Shown: in pieces, positions 49,452-62,455 of the stretch | Position numbering within the stretch: position 1 is the first letter of the stretch | Layout of the letters: each line of letters begins with the position of its first letter | Assembly (NCBI GenBank): GCA_963666275.2 | Contig: CAXXOA010000002.1 | Location: 640,001 to 704,000 of the forward strand | Length of the DNA: 64,000 bases | Source: Oceanispirochaeta sp. | Lineage (GTDB): Bacteria; Spirochaetota; Spirochaetia; DSM-2461 | Reading direction: 5' to 3' | Made by a program: the position numbers and the translations under genes | Notes under the pieces: model-generated | What the model was told of the DNA's origin: nothing | Seen by the model: only the letters and a program-made list of their open reading frames with translations | Database searches by the model: none

Positions 49452-50315
49452 ATGGTTCAGTATATTTCACCATCCAGTTATTACTCAGGTGAAGATCTCT
49501 TTCTGGACAATCATCCTCCCCTCCGGATACTGCATATGGATCATAGTATTGAGTATCCGAGTCATACCCATGACTTTACAGAAATGGCGATTGTTTATTC
49601 CGGATCAGCTGTCCACCATGTGGGTTCTGAAAGACATAGAGTTACGGCAAATGATGTTCTGTTGATCCCAAAGGGTGTTTCTCATTCCTATTCAGAAGTA
49701 GAAGATTTCTCATATGTAAATATACTTTTCGACTCAGAGAACCTATTTAAGTCAGTATTGCATAGGCACTTCTTTTCTCTGCTTAATGATTTCTATAATC
49801 CGCAGGAATTCCACAACTATAAGCTGAGTCCATATGAGGTTAAGGAAGCATTATCAATTGTTAAGAGGATTGACAGGGAGTTATACCGGAATATGGATAT
49901 TAGCAGGATTGCCTCGGTTTCTTATTTCATTCAATTGTTGTCCATGCTCTATGAAGCGAGTTCTGTAAGTTTCCCTGCTGGAAGTTCTACGGAGTTGCGT
50001 GTCCATGGGATTATTGATTTGATTGATAACAATGTAACCGAAAACTATCCCATCGAGTCCCTGGCAGCAAAGGCTATGACCAGTCCTCGCAATTTTACCC
50101 GACTTTTCAAGTCTCTCACAGGAAAATCTCCTTCTGTCTATATTAAGGGGAAGCGCATTGAGAAAGCCTGTGCTTTGCTATCTGGAACCGATATGACGAT
50201 AACACAGATTGCGTCGCTGGTCGGATTTGATGATCCGAATTATTTCTCACATACTTTCAGGGTTTTGAAGGGAAAGTCACCAAGGAAATTTCGCTCTGAA
50301 GAACAGTATTTTTAA
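49452..50315 (+). CDS. AraC-family regulator with cupin domain
   Basis: HTHDFTE, H.Y; C-terminal ITQIA..VGF.D.NYFS..F. Confidence 0.9.
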   Translation: MVQYISPSSYYSGEDLFLDNHPPLRILHMDHSIEYPSHTHDFTEMAIVYSGSAVHHVGSERHRVTANDVLLIPKGVSHSYSEVEDFSYVNILFDSENLFKSVLHRHFFSLLNDFYNPQEFHNYKLSPYEVKEALSIVKRIDRELYRNMDISRIASVSYFIQLLSMLYEASSVSFPAGSSTELRVHGIIDLIDNNVTENYPIESLAAKAMTSPRNFTRLFKSLTGKSPSVYIKGKRIEKACALLSGTDMTITQIASLVGFDDPNYFSHTFRVLKGKSPRKFRSEEQYF

Positions 50316-50739
50316 TAGTATTCATTGAAATTTTGAAGCTTGCTCAATTCCAATCCATCAAGCAGCAGGTTCTATTAAACCGGCTAATCCCTGGACGAGT
50401 GGATTTTTTAAAAATCATCTGCATGTGGCCTACCCAGATAATATTCCAGAATACTTCCAAGGTATGGGAGTAAGATAAATATCTTTTTACAAAACATTCT
50501 TACAAGCGATATATGTTAACAACATATCAACAGAACAGGTCAGATTTTAACAGTCTGTTAATAGTTGCTAAAAGTTCAATCGACGATTTTTACATTGCAG
50601 AATTCCTGACATATACTCATTTAATTCACGCTGCAAAAAGGATGGAATGGAAGTCTTGCATTAGGAATTTATCTCCAGTCTGTATCCTAGAGGCAATCCA
50701 TATCTTTTTCTTTTTTGCTAAAATGAGGAGGTATAAATT

Positions 50740-52361
50740 ATGAGGCACTGTTTAAATAAATACAGATCCAGCGCAGCAGGTCTGTTTATTGTCCTGTTCA
50801 TTCTTGTTTTCGGGGGGGGAGGATTCACAAGCTGTACAAATCCAGTAGACGATCAATTAAGCGAAACATCGGATATAACATCAAATGATTCTTCAAGTAA
50901 TACATCAAATCCTGAAGCATTATCCTGCAGCGCAGGGAGTGATCAGGATGCGGGACTCGGTACTGTCTCGCTGACCGGTTCAGTCAGTAATGCCGGAGAT
51001 GATGTTACCTATTCCTGGAGAGCCTCCGATAGCAATCCCTCAACGGTTTCCTTAGCTGACAGCACTTCATCCTCTGCCAGTTTTGATGTTTCATGCGATC
51101 TTGATGAGGGAGAGTATGAGTTTATCCTGACAGTTAGCGACGGAACTGCAACGGCAAATGATTCTGTGATTGTATCAGTCAATTATGTGGACAAAATGAT
51201 CGCCTATGACGGTGCAACTAAGGACTACTACAGCCTTTCAATAAGCCTTTCCCCTGACGGGACAACTGCACTTATCGGGGCTCCATATGATAACGACATG
51301 GGTACCTATTCCGGTTCCGCCTATATCTATACCTGTAATGACTCCGGCTGGAGTCTGGCTGCAAAGGTGACAGCTACAGATGGGGAAGCCTATGATTACT
51401 TCGGACGTTCAGTCAGTCTGTCCTCTGATGGTTCTACGGCTCTCATCGGAGCCCCCGGTCGTACGGATATCAATAGTGATGATGACAGTGCATCTTCCGG
51501 TTCCGCATACATATTTACCCGCAGCGGCTCAGGCTGGAGCCAGGCCGCAGAGCTTACAGCAGAAGATGGAGCTGCCTCTGATTGTTTCGGCAGAGCTGTC
51601 TCTCTCTCCTCAGACGGGTCTTCAGCCCTTATTGGAGCATCCAAGGATGACGACAACGGGGCGACCTCCGGTTCTGCCTATATCTTTTCTGGAAGCGGGT
51701 CCAGCTGGAGTCAGGAAAAAAACTGATAGCCTCTGATGGAGCTGAATTAGACATGTTTGGACGGTCGGTCTGCCTTTCTGCCGATGGTTCAACTGCTTTA
51801 ATCGGAGTTCCTGGTGACGATGACAATGGTGCTAACTCCGGCTCTGCTTATATCTATACCGGCAGTGGTTCCAGTTGGGATGAAAAAGCAAAGTTGACCG
51901 GTTCTGAAGGAGATTCCTATGTCACTTTTGGGAATGATGTCAGTCTTTCTTCAGATGGAACTTATGCTCTTGTCGGGGCTCCTAATAATGGCAAAGGTGC
52001 AGCTTACTTCTTTGCCTCTGACGGCTCCGGTTGGAGTCAAGAGGCCAAGATTATATCCTCTGATATCGAAACCAATGATTTACTGGGATTTTCCGTAAGT
52101 CTTTCCTCTGATGGAAAAACAGCGCTTATTGGAGCGTACGGGAATGATGACGATGGTCAATGCTCCGGTTCTGCTTATCTTTTTACCCGCAGTGGCTCCA
52201 GTTGGAGTGAAAAAATGAAACTGACTGCCCCTGATGCCGAAGCAAATGATTATTTTGGAAATACAGTGAGTCTGTCCGCTGATGGGACCGAAGCACTTGT
52301 CGGGGCATATCTGGATGATGACAATGGTCTGAGCTCCGGATCGGCATATTTTTTTTATTGA
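50740..52361 (+). pseudogene. FG-GAP repeat lipoprotein with Ig/PKD-like domain, frameshifted at an A7 run (51716-51722)
   Basis: repeated FG.SVSLS.DG.TALIGA..DD....SGSAY.F units continue across ORFs 50740-51726 and 51753-52361. Confidence 0.8.
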
Positions 52362-52522
52362 TATTTTCTCCCAATGACAGTCCGGCATGCCAACTTTGAA
52401 TAATAGCGGAATATCACTGATAATTATGGAAGCGGGCTCAAAAATCAATTGATACCGGAATCAAGGAACGCTTTCTTGCCAAAAGTATCCAATATTAAGA
52501 TTCTAAAAAAAGGAGTTTGTAG

Positions 52523-53092
52523 ATGAGAAAGAGTATACTTTTTTTTATGGTTCTTGGGGTAGTTCTATTTTCCTGTAAAACAACAGACGAAGCAGTTCTC
52601 AGTGAGCCGGAATCTGAAGATGTCTCAACCATTGCAGAACAGATCAATACGGAGCTTAAGGATGAAATCGACAATGGGGAAATCCAGCTGTTTCAGTATG
52701 ATGAAGTTCTTGTTATAAGCATTGGAAGCCGTGTTCTCTTTGATCCGGATAGTTCCCAACTCAAAGAAGAGTTCAAACCTGTGCTGCTGGAGCTTTCTCG
52801 TTTTCTGATGAACGAATCTGATAAAATCATCCGAGTAGAAGGCTATACTGCATCAGCCCGGGTAAACAGAGTCGATTCATGGCAACTGGGAGCGGACAGG
52901 GCTGTGAATGTGCTCCGATTCATGCAGTTGGAAGGTGGAGTGGATCCGACAAGGCTCGTGGCGGTTTCCTATGGAGAGTACAGGCCGGTGGAGTCCAACG
53001 ATGACGACATCGCCAAGGTGCAGAACCGAAGGGTCCAGATTGTACTGGTTGACAAGCCCGTTTATCAAACAGAGATGATGAATAATCAATAA
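52523..53092 (+). CDS. OmpA/MotB-domain lipoprotein
   Basis: lipobox LFSC; VLFD..S, IRVEG.T, W.L...RA.NV, SYGEYRP...NRRV.I. Confidence 0.85.
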   Translation: MRKSILFFMVLGVVLFSCKTTDEAVLSEPESEDVSTIAEQINTELKDEIDNGEIQLFQYDEVLVISIGSRVLFDPDSSQLKEEFKPVLLELSRFLMNESDKIIRVEGYTASARVNRVDSWQLGADRAVNVLRFMQLEGGVDPTRLVAVSYGEYRPVESNDDDIAKVQNRRVQIVLVDKPVYQTEMMNNQ

Positions 53093-53148
53093 AATCTGAT
53101 ATATTTTATTGTGCAACGGCGGAGGAATTCTAAAATGCAATGAATTGA

Positions 53149-53310
53149 CTGACGCATGGTTTCTTATCCGGACAGGGACCAGAGAGCACTCCATTTTAGG
53201 AGTGCTTTTTTTTACCATCAGCTGCCTGCTTCTAAAAAGAGATTGACATCAGTTTTCCGAAGAAATAACAGTAAAACCAAATCTCCGAAGAACAATGACG
53301 CTTCAGACAT
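53149..53310 (+). repeat. degenerate Module A (terminator, right arm and decayed 72-bp element)
   Basis: CTGACGC; AGCACTCCATTTTAGGAGTGCTTTTTT; CTGCTTCTAAAAAGAGATTGACATCAGT; CGAAGAAATAACAGTAAAACC. Confidence 0.6.
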
Positions 53311-53836
53311 TCCTCGGGAGTCTTTTAATATGACTATGGGAAAAGAGTTTATTTTTAGCATTCAAAAGGGAGTGTGATATAGTAAGGGCAAAATACCTTC
53401 AGAGCTGGAGGACTGGCAGATGAAACTACATGTGAAAAAAAACGGGGAATATTCCCTATACCAGGCCACAGGATCCGAACGGTACTTTTCCCTTTGGTCA
53501 ATTCGAATCTGGCTATGTCCATCAAAAACGAGAAAGCCGGATACAGGATTAAAGGCAGGACCATGAGTCAGTTTCTCCTAAAATCTAATAATCTACCTAT
53601 ATACCTGGTATTTCAACCTTTTGAAATAAAAAAAATCCCCCTCGATATCTGATTATGAAGCCGGCGAGTTGAGTCGGCGGGGCCTGTTTTGCAGATGGAC
53701 ATCCTCCGCCATTTGGAAAGATATCTTAGCTCTGTTTTCTTTTAGTTAATATTTGTTCTCCAATTATTTGATTTTTCCTTTTTAATCTCTAAGAATTTTA
53801 AAAAACAATCCGCTGTTTAAACTTGTATATCTGTGA

Positions 53837-56083
<2,247 letters not shown>

Positions 56084-56149
56084 TCTGTCGAACGGAAAAG
56101 GAGCCTGTGATGGTTAAAGAAACCACCCGTTTAACCATCACAGGAGGAT

Positions 56150-56554
56150 ATGAAAAAACTATTCCTTATTACTGCCGGTAATCTCTCGCTTTTCCTGGGC
56201 ATTGCGGGAATCTTTCTACCAGTATTGCCCACGACCCCCTTTCTGCTTCTATCGGCCACCTGTTATGTGAGAAGCTCAGAGAAACTCTATGTATGGCTGA
56301 TCAATCATAGAGTTTTCGGGCTTTATGTCCGTTCCTACATCCTGTATAGAGCGATCTCTCTCCGGGCAAAAATCATCTCTATTCTGGCTTTATGGATTGT
56401 CATGTTGTCGACAATTCTTTTTTTTATCAGTCTGTTATGGTTAAGAGTCCTTCTGTTTTGTATAGGGCTCGGCGTTACAGTTTATCTGGTACATTTTAAA
56501 ACTCTGACAGCAGCGATGATGGCTGAAATAAAGGAACAGCAGAATAGCCGTTGA
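56150..56554 (+). CDS. ybaN: YbaN/DUF454 inner membrane protein
   Basis: G..GIFLPVLPTTPFLLL....Y.RSS....WL. Confidence 0.85.
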   Translation: MKKLFLITAGNLSLFLGIAGIFLPVLPTTPFLLLSATCYVRSSEKLYVWLINHRVFGLYVRSYILYRAISLRAKIISILALWIVMLSTILFFISLLWLRVLLFCIGLGVTVYLVHFKTLTAAMMAEIKEQQNSR

Positions 56555-56648
56555 TACGCTAGATTTTATGAAATATAAATCAGCATATGCTCATTATCTA
56601 TGATAAACTCTCTTTATCAGATCGTCATAAAAGGAGTCCCATGGATTT

Positions 56649-57317
56649 ATGAAGAAGTATGTTTGTTCAATCTGCGGTTATATCTATGATGAAGCGCAAG
56701 GCTATCCGGAAGGAGATATTTCTCCTGGTACGCTTTGGGTGGATGTTCTATCTGAATTTGTCTGCCCCCTGTGCGGAGCTTCAAAGTCTGATTTTAAAGC
56801 ACAGGGAGGGGATCAGGCAGAGTCCGCCGGCATCTCGTCGGAAACACTCTCTCTGCCGGATGAAATAAGCTATACAGCAGCAGAACTCTCTGCTCTCTTC
56901 TCCAATCTGGCAAAGGGCTCTGAGAAGCAGTACAGGCCGGAGATGGCTGCTCTCTATAATGAATTGTCATCCTACTACAATCTGAAGTCGGATAAGGGCA
57001 GTAATCCGGATTTGGGGAATATGAAAGCCCGGCTCCAGGAAGATCTGTCATCCCATTTTGCCAGGGCCAATGAAGTGGCCGCAAAAAATCATGACAGGGG
57101 AGCCCTGCGGGCCTTGAAATGGGCGGAACAGGTTTCCCATATGATCAGCTCCCATTTGTCTAAGGTTGAGGGAGGTGAGGCTTCTTTTCTGAACGAGACA
57201 AATATCTATGTCTGTGATATCTGCGGGTTTATATATGTGGGAGATGAGAAACCCGAGATCTGTCCTGTCTGTAAGGTCCCGAGCTGGAAAATGACACAGG
57301 TCAGAAGGAGCGCCTGA
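56649..57317 (+). CDS. rubredoxin-domain protein (second copy)
   Basis: paralogue of 2106-2774. Confidence 0.85.
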   Translation: MKKYVCSICGYIYDEAQGYPEGDISPGTLWVDVLSEFVCPLCGASKSDFKAQGGDQAESAGISSETLSLPDEISYTAAELSALFSNLAKGSEKQYRPEMAALYNELSSYYNLKSDKGSNPDLGNMKARLQEDLSSHFARANEVAAKNHDRGALRALKWAEQVSHMISSHLSKVEGGEASFLNETNIYVCDICGFIYVGDEKPEICPVCKVPSWKMTQVRRSA

Positions 57318-57318
57318 T

Positions 57319-58314
57319 ATGCATGCAGTAAGAAATATAAGATTATGTACCAAAGATTGCCTATGCCTTTATGTCTGCCCTACCGGGGCAACCGATACGG
57401 AAACGGGTCAGATCGATGCGGAAACCTGTATCAGCGGATGCCGTTTGTGTGTGGACGCCTGTCCTTCCCATGCCATATCATTGATCCCCGAGACCTATCC
57501 TGCCCAGCAGGATACAGTGGATGATGTCAGAAAGGTTCTGGGAATTCTGTCAAAGAGCAAAACAGAGCAGGAAAGGATCGCTTTTGCTCTGGAAAAGGCA
57601 GCAGACGATCCCCTGATGAAACAGCTGTCCCGGGCGGTCGGTATGTCTAACCGCATAATGGCGGAAGACCTGATGCGCGAAGCAGGGTTTATGCTTCCCC
57701 AAAGTCATGTTATAAAAGAGTTGCTGACAAAATTATTCACCGAAAGTAAAGAGAGTGATTTTCCGAAAGAAACGGTGAAAAAATTGATTGAGCTTCTGAA
57801 TGAAAATACTAGAGAGGAGAAGAACATGTCTAAAACCACTGACAATTTAATGGACGCCTTTGCAGGAGAATCCCAGGCAAACAGAAAGTACACTGCCTTT
57901 GCCAAAAAGGCTGAGCAGGAGGGGCATTTAAATGCAGCCAAACTTTTTAGGGCTGCCGCTGATGCAGAGACAATTCATGCACTGAAGCACTTTGAAGTGG
58001 CTGGAAAAATCGGTTCTACCATGGAAAATCTGAAATCCGGAGTTGAAGGGGAGACCTACGAATACAAGGATATGTATCCTCCCTTTGTAGAACAGGCCGA
58101 GGCTGAAGGAAATAAAGCCGCAGTAAGAACTTTTACCTTTGCAATGAAAGCAGAAGAAGTTCATGCCGGCTTGTATCAGGAAGCCATGGATAATCTGGAT
58201 AATCAGGAAGAGGTTTTCTATTATCTGTGCCCTGTTTGCGGTAATATTGAAAAAGTTGTTCCCGGTAAATGCCCTATCTGCGGCGTTGCCGGTGAGAAAT
58301 TCATTAAATATTAA
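57319..58314 (+). CDS. 4Fe-4S protein-rubrerythrin fusion (second copy; internal ATG at 57826)
   Basis: paralogue of 2776-3771, same length. Confidence 0.85.
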   Translation: MHAVRNIRLCTKDCLCLYVCPTGATDTETGQIDAETCISGCRLCVDACPSHAISLIPETYPAQQDTVDDVRKVLGILSKSKTEQERIAFALEKAADDPLMKQLSRAVGMSNRIMAEDLMREAGFMLPQSHVIKELLTKLFTESKESDFPKETVKKLIELLNENTREEKNMSKTTDNLMDAFAGESQANRKYTAFAKKAEQEGHLNAAKLFRAAADAETIHALKHFEVAGKIGSTMENLKSGVEGETYEYKDMYPPFVEQAEAEGNKAAVRTFTFAMKAEEVHAGLYQEAMDNLDNQEEVFYYLCPVCGNIEKVVPGKCPICGVAGEKFIKY

Positions 58315-58474
58315 TACCTGTACGTCTCAGATAAACTGGCAGGAAGCGCCCGATTGGGTTTTTCCTGTCAGCATAGGATTTAAGTCGTGTTTCATAAGGG
58401 ATTGAAATGACTATCAGCATGGTCTTTTTATGAAATACAATCTCTTCTCTTTTTTAGATTCCGAAGGATTCGTA

Positions 58475-58504
58475 TTGACAAAAAAAGACCGATCGGTCTA
58501 AATT
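58475..58504 (+). promoter_or_regulatory. tetR promoter with operator
   Basis: TTGACA 58475, palindrome AGACCGATCGGTCT 58486-58499, TAAATT 58499. Confidence 0.75.
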
Positions 58505-58511
58505 CGCTGAC

Positions 58512-59102
58512 ATGAGCAAAGGTGATGAAACCCGTCAGCGTGTTATTGAAAAGACGGGAAAGCTCCTGAATCGGACAGGATATTTCTCTACATCCATGTC
58601 ATCCATCCTGACAGAAGTAGGCCTCAAGAAAGGAGGGCTCTACAATCATTTTCTCTCAAAGGAAGAGCTGGCACTGGAAGCATTCAAATCCAATGTGACC
58701 TGTGTCGGAAGTTATCTCAAAAATATAGCTGAAGAGCCGGATGATCCACTGGATGTACTATTTTCTCTCTGTGACGCAAGTTTGGATATCGCTTCAGGGC
58801 GAATCCTCCCCGGGGGCTGTCCTATTTTGAATGCCGGAATCGAGTCTGACTTCATCTCTGACAATCTTAAAACGGAAGCATCTCTGGCTATGGAGAAAAT
58901 GCGGAAACTGATCCTTATACCTCTCAGAAGGCTTGAGGAGGAGGGAAGGCTTAAGGCTGGTACAGATGTGAAGTCAATGGCTTTTTTTATCCTTGCTGCC
59001 GTTGAAGGGAGTATCCTGGTTTCCAAGATATCTGAGGATAAATCAGCGCAGCAGCAGGTTATTGAAAATCTGAAAAAATCCATCGATTCCTATATGATGT
59101 AA
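58512..59102 (+). CDS. TetR-family regulator (LmrA/YxaF-like)
   Basis: GY..TSM..I....GL.KGGLY.HF.SKE.L; GGCPILN. Confidence 0.92.
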   Translation: MSKGDETRQRVIEKTGKLLNRTGYFSTSMSSILTEVGLKKGGLYNHFLSKEELALEAFKSNVTCVGSYLKNIAEEPDDPLDVLFSLCDASLDIASGRILPGGCPILNAGIESDFISDNLKTEASLAMEKMRKLILIPLRRLEEEGRLKAGTDVKSMAFFILAAVEGSILVSKISEDKSAQQQVIENLKKSIDSYMM

Positions 59103-59116
59103 TTTTTTTATCACAA

Positions 59117-59136
59117 AAAAGACCGAACGGTCTTTT
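59117..59136. promoter_or_regulatory. second TetR operator upstream of fabF
   Basis: AAAAGACCGAACGGTCTTTT. Confidence 0.75.
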
Positions 59137-59154
59137 GTTTTGAGGAGAGTATCT

Positions 59155-60390
59155 ATGAAACAGAATTTTCGCCGTGTGGCTGTGACAGGCATGGGGGCAA
59201 TACATGCCCTAGGGGCAGATCCGGAATCCCTGTTTAAAGAAATCATTGCCGGAAGATCCGGAATCAGTACACTGGAAGATCCAGAACTTTCAAAGTTTCC
59301 AACGAAGAGAGCTGCTGGAGTTTCCGATTTTCCTGTTAGTAGCATACTGGATACAAAAGAGATCCGCCACTGGGACAGGTATATCCAGTTTGGTGTGTAC
59401 GCTGCATTGCAGGCGTGGGAATCTGCCGGTTTCAGTCTGGAGTATGAGGATGGCAGAACCGGAGTCTGGCTGGGCTCCGGTATCGGAGGTATTGCTACTC
59501 TGGTTAAAGCTCAAAACGGGATTACCCGTAATGAGTCCTGGCGGTGCAGTCCTTTTACTATCCCCATGATGCTGACAAATATGGCCGCAGGAATTGTATC
59601 CATGAAAATCGGGGCGAAAGGTCCCTGTCTTGCTCCGGTAACCGCCTGTGCTACAGGAAATAATGCCATTGGAGAAGCATTCTCCGCTATTCGGGTGGGT
59701 TCTGTTAAGAGGGCTGTCTGCGGGGGGGCGGAAGCGCCTCTGTCCCCGATTGCATTTTCAGGTTTCAATTCCATGAAGGCCATGTCGACGCAGGAGGACG
59801 GTGGACTCTGCCTGCCTTTTTCCGCCGGGCGTGACGGCTTTCTTATGGGAGAAGGATCAGGAGTCCTTGTTCTGGAGGATTGGGATTCTGCAATGGAAAG
59901 GGGGGCTGAAATCCTTGCAGAGGTAAAGGGGTATGGCTCAACCGCAGATGCCTACCATTTTACAAGTCCTGATCCGGAAGGGAAGGGAGCTGCAGCAGCC
60001 ATGCGATCTGCTATGGATCAGGCAGGTTGGAATCCTGAACAGCTAGATTACATTAATGCTCATGGCACAGGGACCCCCCTGGGGGATGTAGCAGAAACCA
60101 GGGCTATCCGGCAGTGTCTCGGTCACTTTTCAGATAAGGTCATGATCAGTTCCACAAAGGGGGCTACTGGTCATCTCTTCGGTGCGGCCGGAGGAATCGA
60201 AGCTGTTATTGCGGTCAGAGCCCTTCAGAGCGGTGTGATCCCGCCTACCCTCGGACTGGAAAATCCGGATCCTGAATGCAGCCTGGACTATGTTCCCTGT
60301 ACGGCAAGAAAGACAAACCCTGTTCGTCTGTTATCAAACGGCTTTGGTTTCGGTGGTCATAATGCAGTTATTGCATTGGAGAAAGCATAA
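59155..60390 (+). CDS. fabF: beta-ketoacyl-ACP synthase II
   Basis: RRVAVTGMG, TACATG, INAHGTGT, STKG.TGH..GAAG, GFGFGGHN. Confidence 0.9.
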   Translation: MKQNFRRVAVTGMGAIHALGADPESLFKEIIAGRSGISTLEDPELSKFPTKRAAGVSDFPVSSILDTKEIRHWDRYIQFGVYAALQAWESAGFSLEYEDGRTGVWLGSGIGGIATLVKAQNGITRNESWRCSPFTIPMMLTNMAAGIVSMKIGAKGPCLAPVTACATGNNAIGEAFSAIRVGSVKRAVCGGAEAPLSPIAFSGFNSMKAMSTQEDGGLCLPFSAGRDGFLMGEGSGVLVLEDWDSAMERGAEILAEVKGYGSTADAYHFTSPDPEGKGAAAAMRSAMDQAGWNPEQLDYINAHGTGTPLGDVAETRAIRQCLGHFSDKVMISSTKGATGHLFGAAGGIEAVIAVRALQSGVIPPTLGLENPDPECSLDYVPCTARKTNPVRLLSNGFGFGGHNAVIALEKA

Positions 60391-60616
60391 GCCTTTTTCA
60401 ATATTTAAACTAAAACCATTTTTTTTTGTCAGCTGTAAAAGGAGAATTAAGATGAAGTTCAAAAAAGTCCGCAGCTGAGGAAACACTCAGAAAAAAGCGC
60501 GGACAGGGAATCATTGCATCCTGCCAGTTTTCTCCCAATGATAATTTTCAGAAAAATTGTTTGCCTTCCCAAGGTGGGAAGGTTTTATAATTTTCTCATC
60601 ATAAAAAAAGGATGTA

Positions 60617-61603
60617 ATGATGACCCCCAAAGAGAATTATCTGACAGCTATAAACCATGGAATCCCTGAGGATGTCCCCGTCTACTCGAAACCGGTTCGT
60701 TACAACATCGGTTTAATGGATCCTTTTGAGAAAGGTCCGGCAGGAGGCGGCTTCGATGGTTTCGGAGTTATGTGGGAACATCTGCCAGAGGGGGCTACTC
60801 CCAGTTCTGATTATGTTTTAACCGACATCACAAAATGGAAAGAACAGGTCTCTTTTCCGGATCTTGACTCCATTGACTGGGCTGCCAAGGCAGAGAAAGA
60901 GCTTGCAGGATTCAACAGGGATGAGCAGATTCTTGAATATGGGATGGGGAACGGAACTTTTGAACGTTTCCTGGATCTTATAGGTTATGAGGGATTGATT
61001 TTCAGTATGATGGACAATCCGGACGCCTGCCATGAACTCCTGAATGCCCATACGGAATACCGGATAAAATTTATTAATATTGTAGCAGAGCACTATAAAC
61101 CGGATTTTATTGTTATTTACGATGATGTTGCCTATAAATCCGCTCCCTTTTTATCACCTGATATGTACAGGGAGTTTATTAAACCGGAGCATAAAAGGGT
61201 GAATGATGCCATTAAAGCGGCCGGTGTTATGCCCATTAATCACTGCTGCGGTAACGCCGAGATTCATATAGAGGATTTTATCGAAGAGGGCGCTGTCGCC
61301 TGGAGTTCCTGTCAGCCCCAGAATGATATTGTCTCACTGCTGAAAAAATACGGCGATCGTTACAGTTTTATTGGAGGCTTTGATACCCACAGCTCTGCTG
61401 CTTCTGTAAATGCAACAGAGGAAGAGAGGAGGGCAGAAATACGAAGAGCTATTGATACCTATGCTCCCTACGGCAGTTACATTCTCGGGAACCACATCGT
61501 TCAGGGAAAGACCAGAGAGGAAACTTTCCAATACAATTCTCAGATTTTGGATGAAGCCTATTCTTACGGGAAAGGTTTCTATAAGACGCTCTCAAAAGTT
61601 TAA
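60617..61603 (+). CDS. uroporphyrinogen decarboxylase/corrinoid methyltransferase-family protein
   Basis: MTPKEN, D.FGV.W, G.FER, DD.A, SP.MYREFIKP, HCCG, Q..ND. Confidence 0.85.
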   Translation: MMTPKENYLTAINHGIPEDVPVYSKPVRYNIGLMDPFEKGPAGGGFDGFGVMWEHLPEGATPSSDYVLTDITKWKEQVSFPDLDSIDWAAKAEKELAGFNRDEQILEYGMGNGTFERFLDLIGYEGLIFSMMDNPDACHELLNAHTEYRIKFINIVAEHYKPDFIVIYDDVAYKSAPFLSPDMYREFIKPEHKRVNDAIKAAGVMPINHCCGNAEIHIEDFIEEGAVAWSSCQPQNDIVSLLKKYGDRYSFIGGFDTHSSAASVNATEEERRAEIRRAIDTYAPYGSYILGNHIVQGKTREETFQYNSQILDEAYSYGKGFYKTLSKV

Positions 61604-61604
61604 T

Positions 61605-61685
61605 CTGACGCAATTGTTCCGGTCCGAAAGGATGTACGGATTGATTACACTAGGCATTCCATTTCTGGAGTGCTTTTTTTCTGTC
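61605..61685 (+). repeat. degenerate Module A (arm plus terminator)
   Basis: CTGACGC just after the stop; CACTAGGCATTCCATTTCTGGAGTGCTTTTTT closely matches 8581-8612. Confidence 0.6.
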
Positions 61686-61876
61686 TCTCTGTCGGAGAAA
61701 AAAACACAGGGGATATCAATTCCGTGCCATCCTCCCATTTTCCGGAGAAGGCCAGGTTCATTAAATGGCCTGAGAGGAAACAGGTGTTTTTGCTTTATTT
61801 AATTGCAGTCAGATGTTTACAGAGGCCTCTGGAGGGTATATCTTTAACTATATAATAGAATGCTGGAGGTATCATT

Positions 61877-62404
61877 ATGAAGAACAGATACCGATGGATT
61901 GTTCTATGCTTTGTTCTTTTTTATCCCATCGCTGTTTTCGCTGCGGGATCTTCGGAAACGAACCTGGAAAAAGTTCCCGTTGATCTGGATCTCTCAGAAA
62001 TCACCGAAGATATAGTTTACGAAGACCGGGATCTTATGGTCTTTGTTCTGCATGTACAAGGGCACACTGAACTAACTGGTGTTGGAGAAATTTTCTATAG
62101 TTCCTATGTTACCACAGAACCCTCCCCCCCTCATAAGAGCTGTGAAGAAGGAGAACTCGGTGGTGTTGGAATGGGGATTTCGATGATCTCTATACCCGGG
62201 CGTGGTATCCTGATGCTGGAAGTTGAATCTCTGGAGCAATGTGTTAATCCAGCCACAGGAGAATTCCGTGTTACTCAGAAGGAGAGGGTGATCGGTGGTA
62301 CAGGAGAGTTGAGCCGGGCATCAGGAAATTTTTTACTGGATGTTGAAGGCCAGATGGGTTCAGGTCAGAAGATTCATATGACCGGGGAGCTTGGTCTTCC
62401 CTGA
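61877..62404 (+). CDS. secreted hypothetical protein
   Basis: signal peptide ending VFA-AGSSE; GGTG....ASG beta-strand motif. Confidence 0.65.
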   Translation: MKNRYRWIVLCFVLFYPIAVFAAGSSETNLEKVPVDLDLSEITEDIVYEDRDLMVFVLHVQGHTELTGVGEIFYSSYVTTEPSPPHKSCEEGELGGVGMGISMISIPGRGILMLEVESLEQCVNPATGEFRVTQKERVIGGTGELSRASGNFLLDVEGQMGSGQKIHMTGELGLP

Positions 62405-62455
62405 TTGGAATCAATATTTTAAATATCTCCGGTTTTTATAGTTTCGGGAACTGAT

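Noticed and set aside
60440..60600. Riboswitch or leader peptide (MKFKKVRS) before the URO-D-family gene
   Set aside because: Small hairpins and an RBS exist, but I could not match cobalamin, SAM or T-box consensus elements; an Rfam search would be needed.
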